Part shown: positions 20,090-30,834 of the stretch, piece by piece
Layout of the letters: every line of letters begins with the position of its first letter
How positions within the stretch are numbered: the stretch's first letter is position 1
Assembly (NCBI GenBank): GCA_020059745.1
Contig: JAGVBK010000004.1
Span: forward strand, 242,511 to 306,510
DNA length: 64,000 bases
Source of the DNA: Candidatus Shapirobacteria bacterium
GTDB taxonomy: Bacteria; Patescibacteriota; Microgenomatia; UM-FILTER-40-11
Direction of reading: 5' to 3'
The notes under the pieces: model-generated
What the model saw: only the letters and a program-made list of their open reading frames with translations
Databases searched by the model: none
Told to the model about the DNA's origin: nothing
Translations under genes and position numbers: made by a program

Positions 20090-20374
20090 ATGGCAAGATC
20101 AAGCAAAAAAGGACCATTTATTGACCCGAACATTACTAAAAAAATAAACGCCATGAAACAGAGCGGCAAAAAAGAACCGATTAAAACTTGGGCAAGAGCT
20201 TCGCAAATTGCTCCTGAGTTTGTCGGTCACACTTTTATGGTTCATAACGGCAGAACATTTATTAATGTTTTTGTTACTGAAGACATGGTTGGCCACCGCT
20301 TGGGAGAATTTGCTCCTACAAGGACCTTTAGAGGTCATGGCCAGGTGGTTAAAAGAACCATGGATAAAACCTAA
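20090..20374 (+). CDS. rpsS: 30S ribosomal protein S19
   Basis: [23 protein letters not shown]. Confidence 0.98.
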   Translation: MARSSKKGPFIDPNITKKINAMKQSGKKEPIKTWARASQIAPEFVGHTFMVHNGRTFINVFVTEDMVGHRLGEFAPTRTFRGHGQVVKRTMDKT

Positions 20375-20392
20375 ACAATTTTAAAAAAGAAA

Positions 20393-20881
20393 ATGGAAGT
20401 ACAAGCAAGCGCCAAATATCTAAGAATTAGCCCCAGGAAACTGAGGTTGCTGACACACGGTCTAGTTGGTCTAAACTCTAAAAAGGCATTAAGTATTGTT
20501 AGTACTTACCCGCAAAAAGGAAGCCTTTTTCTTGAAAAGGTTTTTAAGCAGGCAATCGCGAACGCCAAAAACAACTTTAAGCTTTCTGAAGATGAGCTGG
20601 TGGTAAAAAGCGTTGAAGTCGGTGACGGCCCGTCTTTTAAAAGAATGGACAAGTCGCATGGCGCTAGGTTCGACCGGGGAATTATTCAAAAAAGAACTTC
20701 TCACCTTTATGTTACCCTGGAAACAAAAAACAAAGAAAATAAAACCAAAGAGACTGAAGTAAAAAAAGAAAACAAAGAGGGAAAACCTAAAAGAACCGAA
20801 AAAACAGAAATTATAAAAAAGAATAAAGCCCTACCGGTAGCTAAAAAAACTAGAACAAAAAAGGAAGATAAGAAAGGATAA
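20393..20881 (+). CDS. rplV: 50S ribosomal protein L22 with K/E-rich tail
   Basis: RISPRKLR, AIANA, KRTSH. Confidence 0.96.
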   Translation: MEVQASAKYLRISPRKLRLLTHGLVGLNSKKALSIVSTYPQKGSLFLEKVFKQAIANAKNNFKLSEDELVVKSVEVGDGPSFKRMDKSHGARFDRGIIQKRTSHLYVTLETKNKENKTKETEVKKENKEGKPKRTEKTEIIKKNKALPVAKKTRTKKEDKKG

Positions 20882-20882
20882 T

Positions 20883-21533
20883 ATGGGACATAAAGCAAAT
20901 CCAATCAGTTTTAGACTCGGCAACATTTATACTTGGAATTCACTTTGGTTTGCCAACAAAAAGAACTTTAAAAAAGTTCTTCTGGAGGATGTTTCCTTAA
21001 GAGAATATTTGATGAAAAAACTTAAGTTGGCAGGAATCATTGGGGTGAAGATTGAAAGATCGATTAATAAAATTAAAATTATTCCCCAAGTGACAAGGCC
21101 GGGTGTAGTTATTGGTCGCGGCGGCGCCGGGCTTGAGGAACTGAAAAAAGAGCTCAGTAAGATGGTCTCGATTCCTGAGCCGGAAAAAAACCTGGAAATT
21201 TCGCCTGAGGAAGTAAAAAATCCTGATATTTCGGCTGTTTTTGTGGCCCAAAGAATTGTTGAGCAGCTTGAAAGAAGGGTACCGCACCGTTATGTCATTA
21301 GAAAGGCGATGGAAAGAGCAATGTCTTCGGGCGCAGAGGGGATAAAAGTTGCCTTGTCTGGTAGAATAGCCGGAGCCGAAATTGCCCGGGCAGAAAAATA
21401 TTCAGAAGGAAAAGTGCCTTTACAAACCTTAAGAGCAAAAATCGATTATGCCGATGTCCCTGCTTTAACTAGATCAGGTTATGTTGGTGTTAAAGTTTGG
21501 ATTTACCAAGGAGAAAAAGATGCTAGCGCCTAA
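20883..21533 (+). CDS. rpsC: 30S ribosomal protein S3
   Basis: [30 protein letters not shown]. Confidence 0.98.
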   Translation: MGHKANPISFRLGNIYTWNSLWFANKKNFKKVLLEDVSLREYLMKKLKLAGIIGVKIERSINKIKIIPQVTRPGVVIGRGGAGLEELKKELSKMVSIPEPEKNLEISPEEVKNPDISAVFVAQRIVEQLERRVPHRYVIRKAMERAMSSGAEGIKVALSGRIAGAEIARAEKYSEGKVPLQTLRAKIDYADVPALTRSGYVGVKVWIYQGEKDASA

Positions 21534-21933
21534 AAGACAAAAATACAGGAAAACATTCAGAGGTAAGAACAGAGGGAAGGCAATCAGAGGCTCGACCATT
21601 AACTTTGGCGAGTATGGCCTTAAAGCTTTGGCTCAGGGTATGGTTTCCTCCGCCCAGATTGAGGCAGCCAGAAAAGCGATTGCCCATTACACCAAAAGAG
21701 AAGGAAAGATTTGGATTAGGGTTTTTCCTGACAAGCCGATAACCGGCAAGCCGTCAGGAACAAGAATGGGTGGTGGCAAAGGTGATATTCAGGGATATGT
21801 TGTTCCGGTTACGCCTGGTAAAGTACTTTTTGAGCTTGCCGGGGTTAATGGTTTTATTGCCAGCGAAGCCTTAAGAAGAGCAGCTGATAAGCTACCGGTC
21901 AAAACAAAATTCTTAAAAAGGGATGAAATTTAA
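21520..21933 (+). CDS. rplP: 50S ribosomal protein L16
   Basis: [16 protein letters not shown]; ATG 21520. Confidence 0.98.
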   Translation: MLAPKRQKYRKTFRGKNRGKAIRGSTINFGEYGLKALAQGMVSSAQIEAARKAIAHYTKREGKIWIRVFPDKPITGKPSGTRMGGGKGDIQGYVVPVTPGKVLFELAGVNGFIASEALRRAADKLPVKTKFLKRDEI

Positions 21934-21942
21934 AGGAGAAAG

Positions 21943-22167
21943 ATGAAAAGAAAACAAAAAGATGAATTGAGAGCTAAGTCAAAAGAAGAGCTAAAAGGAG
22001 AAGTTCTTAAAAAAGAAGACGAGGTTATGAACCTTAAGATTGAGGTTCAGTTAGGGAGGATAAAAAATACAACCTTACTTAGAAGAAAAATGGACGAAAT
22101 TGCCGTGATGAAAACAATTGTTAGAGAAAAAGAGCTTGAAAAGGAGGCTTCTTTAAAAGAAGTTTAA
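21943..22167 (+). CDS. rpmC: 50S ribosomal protein L29
   Basis: ELR.KS.EEL; position between rplP and rpsQ. Confidence 0.9.
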   Translation: MKRKQKDELRAKSKEELKGEVLKKEDEVMNLKIEVQLGRIKNTTLLRRKMDEIAVMKTIVREKELEKEASLKEV

Positions 22168-22169
22168 AA

Positions 22170-22469
22170 ATGAAAACATTTGAAGGACAAGTTGTTTCAG
22201 ACAAAATGGTTAAAGCTGCGGTTGTTTTAATTGAGCGCCGTTTCCGCCACCCAATGTACGGAAAAATTGTTAAAAAGAACAGAAAAATTCACGCTGTGAA
22301 CGAGATTGGCGCCAAAGAGGGCGAAACCGTTGTTATTGCTGAAACAAGGCCTGTTTCAAAGACAATCTCTTTTAAGATTATTGAAATTATTAACAGTAAA
22401 AAAGAAGAACCAAAAAAAGAGGTTTCTGCCAAGGCAAAAGCCAAAAAAGCGGAGGGTGAAAAGAAATGA
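22170..22469 (+). CDS. rpsQ: 30S ribosomal protein S17
   Basis: [22 protein letters not shown]. Confidence 0.97.
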   Translation: MKTFEGQVVSDKMVKAAVVLIERRFRHPMYGKIVKKNRKIHAVNEIGAKEGETVVIAETRPVSKTISFKIIEIINSKKEEPKKEVSAKAKAKKAEGEKK

Positions 22470-22834
22470 TTCAGTTAAGAAGTATTTTAACTCCGGCCGA
22501 TAACAGCGGAGCAAAGAAATTAAGAGTGATTCATATTTACGGTGGTTTCCGGAGAACTTACGGAACAGTTGGCCAAATTGTGGCAGCTGTGGTTGATCAG
22601 GCTGATCCTAACGGCGTGGTTAAAGACGGAGAGATTGTCAGGGTGGTTTTAGTAAGGACTAAAAAAGAAGTTCGCCGGCCTGACGGAAGCTATATCCGGT
22701 TTGACGATAATGCTGGAGTGGTTATTGATAAGGACGGCAACCCCCGCGGCACCAGAGTTTTTGGCCCGATTGCCAGAGAAGTTAGAGAAGCAGGTTTTAA
22801 CAAAATCGCTTCCTTGGCAAAAGAAATGTATTAA
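22466..22834 (+). CDS. rplN: 50S ribosomal protein L14
   Basis: MIQ...[21 protein letters not shown]. Confidence 0.98.
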   Translation: MIQLRSILTPADNSGAKKLRVIHIYGGFRRTYGTVGQIVAAVVDQADPNGVVKDGEIVRVVLVRTKKEVRRPDGSYIRFDDNAGVVIDKDGNPRGTRVFGPIAREVREAGFNKIASLAKEMY

Positions 22835-22861
22835 AACTTAAAGAGGTTAAAAGAGGTAAAA

Positions 22862-23173
22862 ATGAAAATTAGAAAAGGTGATAAGGTAAAAATTCTTTTA
22901 GGGAAAGACCGGGGTAAAACTGGTACAGTTGACCATGTTGACGCTAAAAAAGGATTGGTTTTAGTAGGCGGCGTAAACATGTTTAAAAAACACGCCAAAC
23001 CTAAAAGCGAGAACGATAAAAGCTCAGGCGGCATCATTGATAAAGTCCGGCCTATGCCGATTTCAAAAGTCCAGCTTATTTGTGCTAAATGTGGTAAAAT
23101 CACCAGGGCTGGATTCAGTTTGAGCAAAAATGGCAAAGAAAGAATTTGCTTAAAATGTAAAGCCCAAATTTAA
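22862..23173 (+). CDS. rplX: 50S ribosomal protein L24
   Basis: KGDKVKILLGKDRGKTG KOW motif. Confidence 0.97.
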   Translation: MKIRKGDKVKILLGKDRGKTGTVDHVDAKKGLVLVGGVNMFKKHAKPKSENDKSSGGIIDKVRPMPISKVQLICAKCGKITRAGFSLSKNGKERICLKCKAQI

Positions 23174-23174
23174 C

Positions 23175-23720
23175 ATGAATAATTTACTTGACTTTTATCA
23201 TAAAGAAGTTGTTGCCGACCTAAAAAAAGAACTTAAGGTCAAAAGCCCGATGGCTGTCCCCCGCCTGGTAAAGGTGGTTATCAACATTGGTCTTAAAGAG
23301 GCTAAAGACGATAAAAAGGTAATTGATATTGTCAGCGGTCAACTGGAAACAATTTCCGGCCAAAAACCAAGACTTAATCGGGCAAAAAAATCAATTGCCG
23401 GGTTTAAGCTTGGTAAAGGTCAGCCGATTGGTCTTTCTGTTACCCTGAGGGGCAAAAGAGCCTTTGCTTTTTTAGAAAAGCTTTTTAGAATTGTTTTGCC
23501 AAGGGTAAGAGATTTTAGCGGTTTAAGCCCAAAAGGCTTTGACGGTAATGGCAACTATTCGCTGGGAATCAGCGAGCAAATTGTTTTTTCAGAAATTGAC
23601 TTTTCAAAAATTGACAAGGTTCGCGGCCTGGAAATTACCATCGTTACAACGGCAAAAAATAATCAAGAAGCAAGGTTATTACTTGAAAGACTGGGAATGC
23701 CCTTTGCCAAGGAGGAGTAA
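23175..23720 (+). CDS. rplE: 50S ribosomal protein L5
   Basis: ISGQKP, VTLRG, LPRVRDF, FDGNGNY. Confidence 0.98.
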   Translation: MNNLLDFYHKEVVADLKKELKVKSPMAVPRLVKVVINIGLKEAKDDKKVIDIVSGQLETISGQKPRLNRAKKSIAGFKLGKGQPIGLSVTLRGKRAFAFLEKLFRIVLPRVRDFSGLSPKGFDGNGNYSLGISEQIVFSEIDFSKIDKVRGLEITIVTTAKNNQEARLLLERLGMPFAKEE

Positions 23721-23722
23721 AA

Positions 23723-23914
23723 ATGGCAAGAAAATCTAAAATTGTCAGAGAAACAAAGCCAAAAATGTTAAAGTATGAAACCAGGGCCAGAAACCGCTGT
23801 TCTCTTTGTGGCCGGTCCAGGGGGTATTTAAGGCTTTTTGGTCTTTGCCGCCTTTGTTTTAGAAAACTGGCAAATCAGGGGGAAATTCCTGGAGTTAAAA
23901 AAGCTAGTTGGTAA
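23723..23914 (+). CDS. rpsN: 30S ribosomal protein S14, Zn-binding type
   Basis: RCSLCGR...LCRLCFR...GVKKASW. Confidence 0.97.
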   Translation: MARKSKIVRETKPKMLKYETRARNRCSLCGRSRGYLRLFGLCRLCFRKLANQGEIPGVKKASW

Positions 23915-23918
23915 AAAT

Positions 23919-24311
23919 ATGTTTAATGATCCAATATCAGATTTAATTGTCAGACTTAAAAATGCCTCCATGGTTGAGACGGGAACGGTTTCTCTTCCCC
24001 ATTCAAACGTCAAGGAAGGGATTGCCGAAATCCTTAAAAAAGAAGGCTATCTTTCTGATTTTGAAGTTAAAAAGGAAGGTTCAAAAAAAGAACTTATCAT
24101 GCACCTTTCTGAAATAAACGGCGAAATAAGACCGCTTGAAGTAAGAAGGATTTCCAAACCCGGTCGAAGGGTATATGCCAAGGCAAAAGATATCATGAAG
24201 TTTAAAAGAGGTTTGGGGGCAGTAGTGCTTTCCACCCCGTCGGGTTTAATGACGGGTAAAGATGCGCTTGCAAAAAAACTTGGCGGAGAGGTTCTTTTTA
24301 AGATTATTTAA
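23919..24311 (+). CDS. rpsH: 30S ribosomal protein S8
   Basis: DPISDL..RLKNA, ISKPGRRVY, STPSG; ATG 23919. Confidence 0.97.
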   Translation: MFNDPISDLIVRLKNASMVETGTVSLPHSNVKEGIAEILKKEGYLSDFEVKKEGSKKELIMHLSEINGEIRPLEVRRISKPGRRVYAKAKDIMKFKRGLGAVVLSTPSGLMTGKDALAKKLGGEVLFKII

Positions 24312-24322
24312 GTAAATAAAAA

Positions 24323-24883
24323 ATGTCTAAAATAGGAGAAAAACCAATTTCAATCAAAGAAGGAGTTAGCCTTTTAAAAGAGGAAAAAAGTCTTGTGGTA
24401 AAGGGTCCAAAGGGTGATCTTATAATTCCTGTTCCCGAGGGAATTGAAATTTCTTTTAATGAGAACACCGTTAATGTAAAACGGCTTTCGGAAACAAAGA
24501 AGGTCAAAGCCCTTCACGGCACCTTGGCCCGGCTAATTGCAAATGCCATTAAAGGAACAACAGAAGGCTTTAATAAAACTCTTGAGGTGGTGGGAACTGG
24601 TTATCGGGCTCAGATGGAGGGCAATACTTTGGTTTTAGCTCTTGGGTATTCTCATCCAGTCAGGTTTGAAACTCCTGAGGGAGTGAAAATAGAGGTTAAG
24701 GAAAACAAAATTACTGTTTCCGGGACAAACAAAGAGGCAGTGGGCCGGGTAGCTGATAAAATTAAAAAATTCAGAAAACCAGATCCTTACAAAGGCAAGG
24801 GTATTAGGTATTTAGGCGAAAAACTAAGACTTAAACCAGGAAAAGCAGCCGGTAAAACCGGAGCTGCGGCAGGAGGTAAATAA
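24323..24883 (+). CDS. rplF: 50S ribosomal protein L6
   Basis: VKGPKG, GTGYRA, PDPYKGKGIRY. Confidence 0.98.
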   Translation: MSKIGEKPISIKEGVSLLKEEKSLVVKGPKGDLIIPVPEGIEISFNENTVNVKRLSETKKVKALHGTLARLIANAIKGTTEGFNKTLEVVGTGYRAQMEGNTLVLALGYSHPVRFETPEGVKIEVKENKITVSGTNKEAVGRVADKIKKFRKPDPYKGKGIRYLGEKLRLKPGKAAGKTGAAAGGK

Positions 24884-24885
24884 AA

Positions 24886-25236
24886 ATGGAAAACAAAAGA
24901 ATAAGGGCTTTAAAAAGAAAAACCAGAGTCAGAAGCAAGATGCCAGCTGAAGGCTTTCGCCTTTCAGTCAGCCGCTCAAACCGTTATCTTTTTGCTCAAG
25001 TCATTGACCAAAAAAGCGGGAAAACGGTTTTGGGTTTAAGTGATAAAAAAATTGAAGAAAAAGAACTTAAAGGGAAAACAAAAAGTGAAAAAGCAAAAGT
25101 TTTTGGCCAAAAATTTGCCGAAGAAACAGTAAAGCAAAAGATAAAGAGAGTCATTTTTGACCGGGGACCTTACCGCTATCATGGCAGAATTAAAGCTTTT
25201 GCTGAAGGCGTGAGAGAAGGAGGCTTAGAATATTAA
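24886..25236 (+). CDS. rplR: 50S ribosomal protein L18
   Basis: RLSVSRSN, FDRGPYRYHGRIKA. Confidence 0.97.
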   Translation: MENKRIRALKRKTRVRSKMPAEGFRLSVSRSNRYLFAQVIDQKSGKTVLGLSDKKIEEKELKGKTKSEKAKVFGQKFAEETVKQKIKRVIFDRGPYRYHGRIKAFAEGVREGGLEY

Positions 25237-25237
25237 T

Positions 25238-25714
25238 ATGAATAACTTAAATACTGAACCTAAAATTGAAAAAGAATTCGAAGAGAAAGTTGTTCAGGTA
25301 AACCGGGTTTCCAAAAAAACCAAAGGTGGAAACAAAATTGGTTTTTCTGTTCTGGTAGTAGTGGGGAATAAAAAAGGAGAAGTTGGTGTTGGCTTAGGTA
25401 AAGCCGGAGATGTTTCTTCTGCCATTTCTAAAGCAGTTGATTATGCCAAAAAGCATCTAATCAGAGTGCCGCTTAAAGGAACCACTATTCCTCATGATGT
25501 CCGTGTTAAAAGAGGAGCGGCTGAAGTTTTACTAAAACCGGCACCGGTTGGCTCTGGAGTTATTGCTGGTGGTGCTATCAGGTCAGTGGTTGAAGCTGCT
25601 GGAATCAGGGATGTTTCCTCAAAGGTTTTAGGGACAAGAAATCAGGCTTCAAATGTTTATGCTTGTATGGAAGCTTTAAAAAAATTAAGATCAACTAAAG
25701 AAGCGGTTAAATAG
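25238..25714 (+). CDS. rpsE: 30S ribosomal protein S5
   Basis: RVSKKTKGG, GSGVIAGG; rpmD absent downstream. Confidence 0.98.
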   Translation: MNNLNTEPKIEKEFEEKVVQVNRVSKKTKGGNKIGFSVLVVVGNKKGEVGVGLGKAGDVSSAISKAVDYAKKHLIRVPLKGTTIPHDVRVKRGAAEVLLKPAPVGSGVIAGGAIRSVVEAAGIRDVSSKVLGTRNQASNVYACMEALKKLRSTKEAVK

Positions 25715-25723
25715 GGAGATAAA

Positions 25724-26260
25724 ATGGAATTGTCGAAATTACCGAATACAAATACAAAAGCCAGAAAAAGAGTTGGTCGGGGTTATGGTTCAGGTCGAGG
25801 TGGCCATACCTCGGGCCGAGGTCATAAAGGCCAAAAGGCTAGGGGTTCAATTGGCCTTTTTTTCCAGGGAACTAAATTTAAAAAATCACTCATAAAAAGA
25901 CTGCCGCTTGTCAGGGGAAAGGGAAAACTAAGCCCGAAAACAGGTTCAGTGATTATTGATCTTGAAGCTCTTAGGGCTTTTAAGGCAAACGAGCTTGTTA
26001 GCTTTGAAACCCTGCAGGAAAAGGGAATTCTTTCCAAAAAGCTTCCTAAAAACACCCCGGTGAAGATTTTAGGAAATAGCCCCCTTGAAGTTTCTTTAAA
26101 TGTAGCCTTGCCTGTTTCTAAAAAAGCGGAAGAAAAAATCCAGAAAGCCGGTGGCAGAGTGATTGAGCCGGGCTCTGGGGTTGCGGTTAAAAAAGAAGTT
26201 AAGAAAGAAAAAGAAAACAAGGGAAAAGAGAAAAAAGAAACTAAGGAGAAAAATGGTTGA
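25724..26260 (+). CDS. rplO: 50S ribosomal protein L15
   Basis: [24 protein letters not shown]. Confidence 0.96.
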   Translation: MELSKLPNTNTKARKRVGRGYGSGRGGHTSGRGHKGQKARGSIGLFFQGTKFKKSLIKRLPLVRGKGKLSPKTGSVIIDLEALRAFKANELVSFETLQEKGILSKKLPKNTPVKILGNSPLEVSLNVALPVSKKAEEKIQKAGGRVIEPGSGVAVKKEVKKEKENKGKEKKETKEKNG

Positions 26261-27548
26261 AAGAATTTTAAATGAGCTGAAAACAGCTTTTAAAATTCCT
26301 GAACTCAGAAACAAAATTCTTTTTACCGCCCTAATCCTTGTAGTCTTTAGGTTTGCTTCACATATACCAGTGTCCGGGGTTGATGTTACTTCCTTAAGGC
26401 AGCTTTTTGCCTCTAACCAATTTTTAGGACTTTTAGACATTTTTTCAGGAGGGACCCTGGCGAATTTTTCTGTTATGGCCCTGGGTTTGAACCCCTACAT
26501 TAATGCCTCAATTATTATGCAGCTATTAACTATGGTTTTCCCCCAACTTGAAGCTTTGCAAAAGGAAGGAGAATATGGCCGGGAAAAAATTAATCAATAC
26601 ACTCGCTACTTGACCATTCCCTTGGCTGTTTTTCAAGCGGTTGGCATGTTTGCCTTACTAAGAAGCCAAAATATCATTTCTCAGGTTATGCCGCTTCAGG
26701 TTGTTGCTTTTGTAACCACGATGGTTGCGGGAACTTTATTTTTAATGTGGCTGGGAGAGCTGATTACGGAAAAAGGTTTAGGTAACGGCATTTCCTTAAT
26801 AATATTTGCCGGTATTGTTGGCCGGCTGCCGGTTACATTTGGTCAAACCGCCGCCACCGTTGAAACTACAAATGTTCTAAACTTGCTTATTTTTGCCGCA
26901 CTTGCCTTGGGGGTTATTGCTGCGGTTATTTTTATTGATGAAGCTGTCAGAAAAGTCAGGATTGAGTATGCCAGAAGGATAAGCGGCGGAAAAATGTACG
27001 GTGGCCAAACTACCTTTTTACCTCTCAAAATTAATCAGGCTGGAGTAATTCCGATTATTTTTGCCGTTTCTTTAGTTTTACTGCCTTCAATGTTAGGCCG
27101 ATTTGTTGCCCAGGTTCCCAATCAGACTGTTTCTTCAGTTGCCACTGCCCTGGCTACGGCTTTTAACCCCGGCAGTCTTTTCTACAACCTTGCCTATTTT
27201 ATTCTGGTAGTTGGTTTTACTTATTTTTACACTGCAGTGATTTTTAACCCTACAAAAATTGCCGAGGAAATAAAAAAACATGGCGGTTTCATTCCCGGCA
27301 TTAGACCCGGTTCTCCAACAGCCAATTTTCTAAGTTACATTCTGACCAGAATTACTTTGGCTGGCGCTCTTTTTTTGGGCCTGATTGCAATTTTACCCTC
27401 AATTGTCCAGGGGATAACCGGTTTAACTACTCTAGCTATTGGCGGAACAGGTATTCTTATTGTGGTTTCTGTTGTTTTGGAAACCTTCAAAGTAATTGAA
27501 AACATGGTGCAAATGAGGGGTTATGAAAAGTTTTTGGAAAGGTATTAA
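26253..27548 (+). CDS. secY: preprotein translocase SecY
   Basis: [29 protein letters not shown]; ATG 26253 after AAGGAG. Confidence 0.98.
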   Translation: MVERILNELKTAFKIPELRNKILFTALILVVFRFASHIPVSGVDVTSLRQLFASNQFLGLLDIFSGGTLANFSVMALGLNPYINASIIMQLLTMVFPQLEALQKEGEYGREKINQYTRYLTIPLAVFQAVGMFALLRSQNIISQVMPLQVVAFVTTMVAGTLFLMWLGELITEKGLGNGISLIIFAGIVGRLPVTFGQTAATVETTNVLNLLIFAALALGVIAAVIFIDEAVRKVRIEYARRISGGKMYGGQTTFLPLKINQAGVIPIIFAVSLVLLPSMLGRFVAQVPNQTVSSVATALATAFNPGSLFYNLAYFILVVGFTYFYTAVIFNPTKIAEEIKKHGGFIPGIRPGSPTANFLSYILTRITLAGALFLGLIAILPSIVQGITGLTTLAIGGTGILIVVSVVLETFKVIENMVQMRGYEKFLERY

Positions 27549-27557
27549 GGAGGGAAA

Positions 27558-28223
27558 ATGAATCTTTTGATAATCGGACCACAAGCTTCAGGAAAAGGAA
27601 CCCAGGCGGAAAATTTGATTGAAAAATTTGGTCTGGCCCATGTTGAAATGGGCGGTCTTTTGCGCCGGGTTTCCAAGGAGGACTCAGAACTCGGTAATAA
27701 AGTTAGGGAGGTAATCAACTCCGGAAAGCTTCTTTCTGACGAGTTGGTAGTAGAAATTCTAAACCAGCACCTTAGTTCTCTGGGAAGGCTTGATAATATT
27801 CTTTTTGACGGTTTTCCGAGAGTGCTTTCTCAGGCTCAGTATTTTGAGAAATTCTTAGAAAAAAAAGGGAAAAAATTGGATGCAGTTATCTATTTAACCT
27901 TGCCAAGAGAGATTACTTTTGAAAGGCTAGCCAACCGCCGTACTTGCGGAACTTGCGGTAAGGTATTTAACCTAAAAACAAAGCCGCCTAAAAAAGAGGG
28001 AGTTTGTGATTACTGCGGAGGAAACTTGGTCGTAAGGTCTGATGAAACTCCTGAGAAAATTGAAACAAGGTTAAACGAGTTTGAAGCCCAAACTCTGCCC
28101 ATGGTTACATATTTAAAGCAGAAAGGTTTGGTAGAAGAGATAGACGGAAACAGACCGATTGAAATAATTTTTGCTGATATTTCCGAAAGACTTAAAAAAC
28201 GCGGGCTGGTAAAAAATGCCTAA
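27558..28223 (+). CDS. adk: adenylate kinase (Zn-lid type)
   Basis: GPQASGKGTQA, DGFPR, CxxC...CxxC lid. Confidence 0.96.
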   Translation: MNLLIIGPQASGKGTQAENLIEKFGLAHVEMGGLLRRVSKEDSELGNKVREVINSGKLLSDELVVEILNQHLSSLGRLDNILFDGFPRVLSQAQYFEKFLEKKGKKLDAVIYLTLPREITFERLANRRTCGTCGKVFNLKTKPPKKEGVCDYCGGNLVVRSDETPEKIETRLNEFEAQTLPMVTYLKQKGLVEEIDGNRPIEIIFADISERLKKRGLVKNA

Positions 28224-28995
28224 AATCTCCATTAAAACACCAGAAGAAATTTTTGCTATGGCCGAAGGTGGTAAACAATTGGCCGGGATACTATCCGAGG
28301 TTGAAAAAAAGGTAAAACCAGGGATAAGCACTTTGGAAATTGATTCCTGGATAGAAAAAGACATCTTAAGTTTTGGCGCTAAGCCTTCTTTTAAAATGGT
28401 TCCTGGCTATCACTGGGCCAGTTGTGTGGGAATAAATGACGAAGTTGTTCACAGTATTCCTAGGAAAGACAAAATTCTTAAAAACGGAGATCTTTTAAAA
28501 ATTGATCTAGGCATGTTTTATAAAGGGTTTCATACTGACCTTTCCTGGACAAGGATTGTAGGGAGCGACCTTAAGCAAAAAAGCGGTTTTTTAAAAGCGG
28601 GGGAAAAAGCTCTTAAAGAGGCAATTAACGAGGCTAGGCCCGGTAAAAGAATTGGCGACATCAGTAAAAAGATTGAAGAAGTCGTAAAAAAAGCCGGTTT
28701 TAAGCCTGTAAAAGTGCTTACAGGACACGGAATTGGCAAAAAGCTACATGAGGAGCCCTTGATACCGGGAATTACTAAGGAAAAAATCGAAAACACGCCG
28801 GAAATTTTGCCGGGAATGGCCTTTGCCATAGAGGTTATTTATAACGAAGACGACGACGAAGTTGTTCTCGGAGAAGACAACTGGACTATTTTTACAAATG
28901 ATGGTAAAATGTCAGGGCTATTTGAGAAAACAATAGCAATTACTGAAAACAAACCCCTTATCTTGACTCCATTTCAGTTTGAGAGGGGTCACTAA
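28216..28995 (+). CDS. map: methionine aminopeptidase type I
   Basis: NDEVVHSIP, GHGIG...HEEP, AIE. Confidence 0.96.
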   Translation: MPKISIKTPEEIFAMAEGGKQLAGILSEVEKKVKPGISTLEIDSWIEKDILSFGAKPSFKMVPGYHWASCVGINDEVVHSIPRKDKILKNGDLLKIDLGMFYKGFHTDLSWTRIVGSDLKQKSGFLKAGEKALKEAINEARPGKRIGDISKKIEEVVKKAGFKPVKVLTGHGIGKKLHEEPLIPGITKEKIENTPEILPGMAFAIEVIYNEDDDEVVLGEDNWTIFTNDGKMSGLFEKTIAITENKPLILTPFQFERGH

Positions 28996-29015
28996 AAACG
29001 GGGGGAGTTTTTATT

Positions 29016-29234
29016 ATGCTGAAAGAAGGAGAAGTAGAAAAAGAAGGAGTTGTTTTAGAGAACCTGCCGAATACTACTTTTAGAATAGAAACGGCAGACA
29101 AAAAACAATACCTTTGCACTTTGTCAGGAAAAATGAGAATGCACAGAATTCGCATTTTGCCTGGCGATCGTGTAAAATTCGTGGTTACGCCTTATGATCC
29201 TGAGAGGGGTAGAATTACCTACAGGCTCAAATAA
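29016..29234 (+). CDS. infA: translation initiation factor IF-1
   Basis: LPN..F, LSGKMR, RGRITYR. Confidence 0.98.
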   Translation: MLKEGEVEKEGVVLENLPNTTFRIETADKKQYLCTLSGKMRMHRIRILPGDRVKFVVTPYDPERGRITYRLK

Positions 29235-29249
29235 GGCAAAAGGAGACAG

Positions 29250-29363
29250 ATGAAAGTTCAAGCATCAACAAAAAAAAGATGCCGACAGTGCAAAATTGTA
29301 AGAAGGCGCGGCCGTGTTTATATAATTTGTGTAAATCCCAAGCATAAACAAAGACAAGGATAA
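29250..29363 (+). CDS. rpmJ: 50S ribosomal protein L36 (not in ORF track)
   Basis: Translated by hand: [37 protein letters not shown]; AAGGAG RBS. Confidence 0.96.
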   Translation: MKVQASTKKRCRQCKIVRRRGRVYIICVNPKHKQRQG

Positions 29364-29365
29364 AT

Positions 29366-29782
29366 ATGCCAAGAATTTCAGGAGTAGATATACCGGAAGC
29401 AAAAAGAATAGATATTGCCCTTACTGCCATTTACGGTATTGGCAGGAGTAATGTGGAAAGCATTCTTTCTGCAGCTAAGATTGAGTCTTCAAAAAAGGTA
29501 AAAGAACTTAACGAAGAGGAAATTAACCGGATTCAAAAGGCAATTGATGGCAGCCACAAGGTTGAGGGTGATTTAAGAAAAGAAATTCAAGCAAACATAA
29601 GCAGACTCAGGCAAACCGGGACTTATCGCGGCAAGCGCCATGCAGCCGGCCTGCCAGCAAGAGGTCAAAGGACAAGAAGCAATGCCAGAACCAAAAGAGG
29701 ACGAAGAATGACTATTGGCGCTTTAAAGAAAGATGAGCTTTTGAAAAAGCAAAAAGCAGAAACTGAAAAAGCAAAAGCATAA
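29366..29782 (+). CDS. rpsM: 30S ribosomal protein S13
   Basis: RISGVDIP, IYGIG, GLPARGQRT. Confidence 0.98.
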   Translation: MPRISGVDIPEAKRIDIALTAIYGIGRSNVESILSAAKIESSKKVKELNEEEINRIQKAIDGSHKVEGDLRKEIQANISRLRQTGTYRGKRHAAGLPARGQRTRSNARTKRGRRMTIGALKKDELLKKQKAETEKAKA

Positions 29783-29797
29783 ATTAGAAAAACAATT

Positions 29798-30166
29798 ATG
29801 AATAAAAAGACAGCAACAATAGGACCAAAAGGAAAAGTTAATGTTCTTGCCACCTTTAACAATACCGTTGTTTCGGTGTCAGACCTTGAGGGCAATGTTC
29901 TTCTTCAGGAATCAGCTGGCTCTCTGGGTTTTAAAGGAGCAAGAAAATCGACCCCATACGCTGCCACCGTTACTACAGAGAAAGCTTTGGTAAAAGCAAA
30001 ACAGCAGGGCATCAAAGAAGTCGAAGTTTATATAAAAGGTCCAGGAGCGGGCAGGGATGCGGCTTTAAGAGCAATTAGGGCTGCCAATTTAAAAATTGAC
30101 CTTATTGCAGATGTGACCCCAATACCCCATAACGGAGTTAAACCTAGAAAACCAAGGAGAGTATAA
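29798..30166 (+). CDS. rpsK: 30S ribosomal protein S11
   Basis: TFNNT, KSTPYAA, DVTPIPHNG. Confidence 0.98.
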   Translation: MNKKTATIGPKGKVNVLATFNNTVVSVSDLEGNVLLQESAGSLGFKGARKSTPYAATVTTEKALVKAKQQGIKEVEVYIKGPGAGRDAALRAIRAANLKIDLIADVTPIPHNGVKPRKPRRV

Positions 30167-30167
30167 A

Positions 30168-30788
30168 ATGGCATTATATTTTTCAGAAAAATGCAGACTT
30201 TGCCGGAACGCCGGAGAAAAATTGTTTTTAAAAGGTGAAAGGTGTTTTACCAAGTGCCCGATTGATAAAAAAGGAGCAGTTGCTCCTGGCCAGCATGGTG
30301 CTAAAAGGAGAAGAAAAGTTTCTGATTTTGGCTTAAGACTTAAAGAAAAGCAAAAACTAAAAAGAATCTACGGCATAAGCGAAGCCGAGCTTAAGAAATA
30401 TTTTGGTCAGGCAAGAAAAGTTAGAGAAGCGACGGGCGAGGCAATGCTTCAGATTTTAGAGTCAAGGCTTGACAACCTTGTTTACCGGCTAGGCTTTGTG
30501 CCGTCTAGGCGTTCGGCCAGGCAGTTGGTAAGCCACGGCCATGTTCGGGTTGACGGAAAAGCAGTTAACATTCCTTCTTACCGGGTTAAGCCTGAGCAAG
30601 TGATCAGTATGGATGAAAAAGCACTTTCAATGACCCTGGTTAAATCTATGCTTGATAAAAAAGATGTCAGTCTTCCCGACTGGCTCGAAAGGAAAGCTGC
30701 GGTTGGAAAGTTGGCTGCTCTTCCCGGAAGAAACAAGATTGACACAAACATTAACGAGCAGCTTGTTGTTGAATATTACTCAAGATAA
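30168..30788 (+). CDS. rpsD: 30S ribosomal protein S4
   Basis: CRLCR, EKQKLK, LESRLDN, VVEYYSR. Confidence 0.98.
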   Translation: MALYFSEKCRLCRNAGEKLFLKGERCFTKCPIDKKGAVAPGQHGAKRRRKVSDFGLRLKEKQKLKRIYGISEAELKKYFGQARKVREATGEAMLQILESRLDNLVYRLGFVPSRRSARQLVSHGHVRVDGKAVNIPSYRVKPEQVISMDEKALSMTLVKSMLDKKDVSLPDWLERKAAVGKLAALPGRNKIDTNINEQLVVEYYSR

Positions 30789-30834
30789 AACTTAAATTTG
30801 TAAGTATTAAATTAATAATATTTAAGGAGACATT

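Noticed and set aside
25714-25724. Missing rpmD (uL30)
   Set aside because: Known general feature of CPR bacteria; used only as a taxonomic clue.
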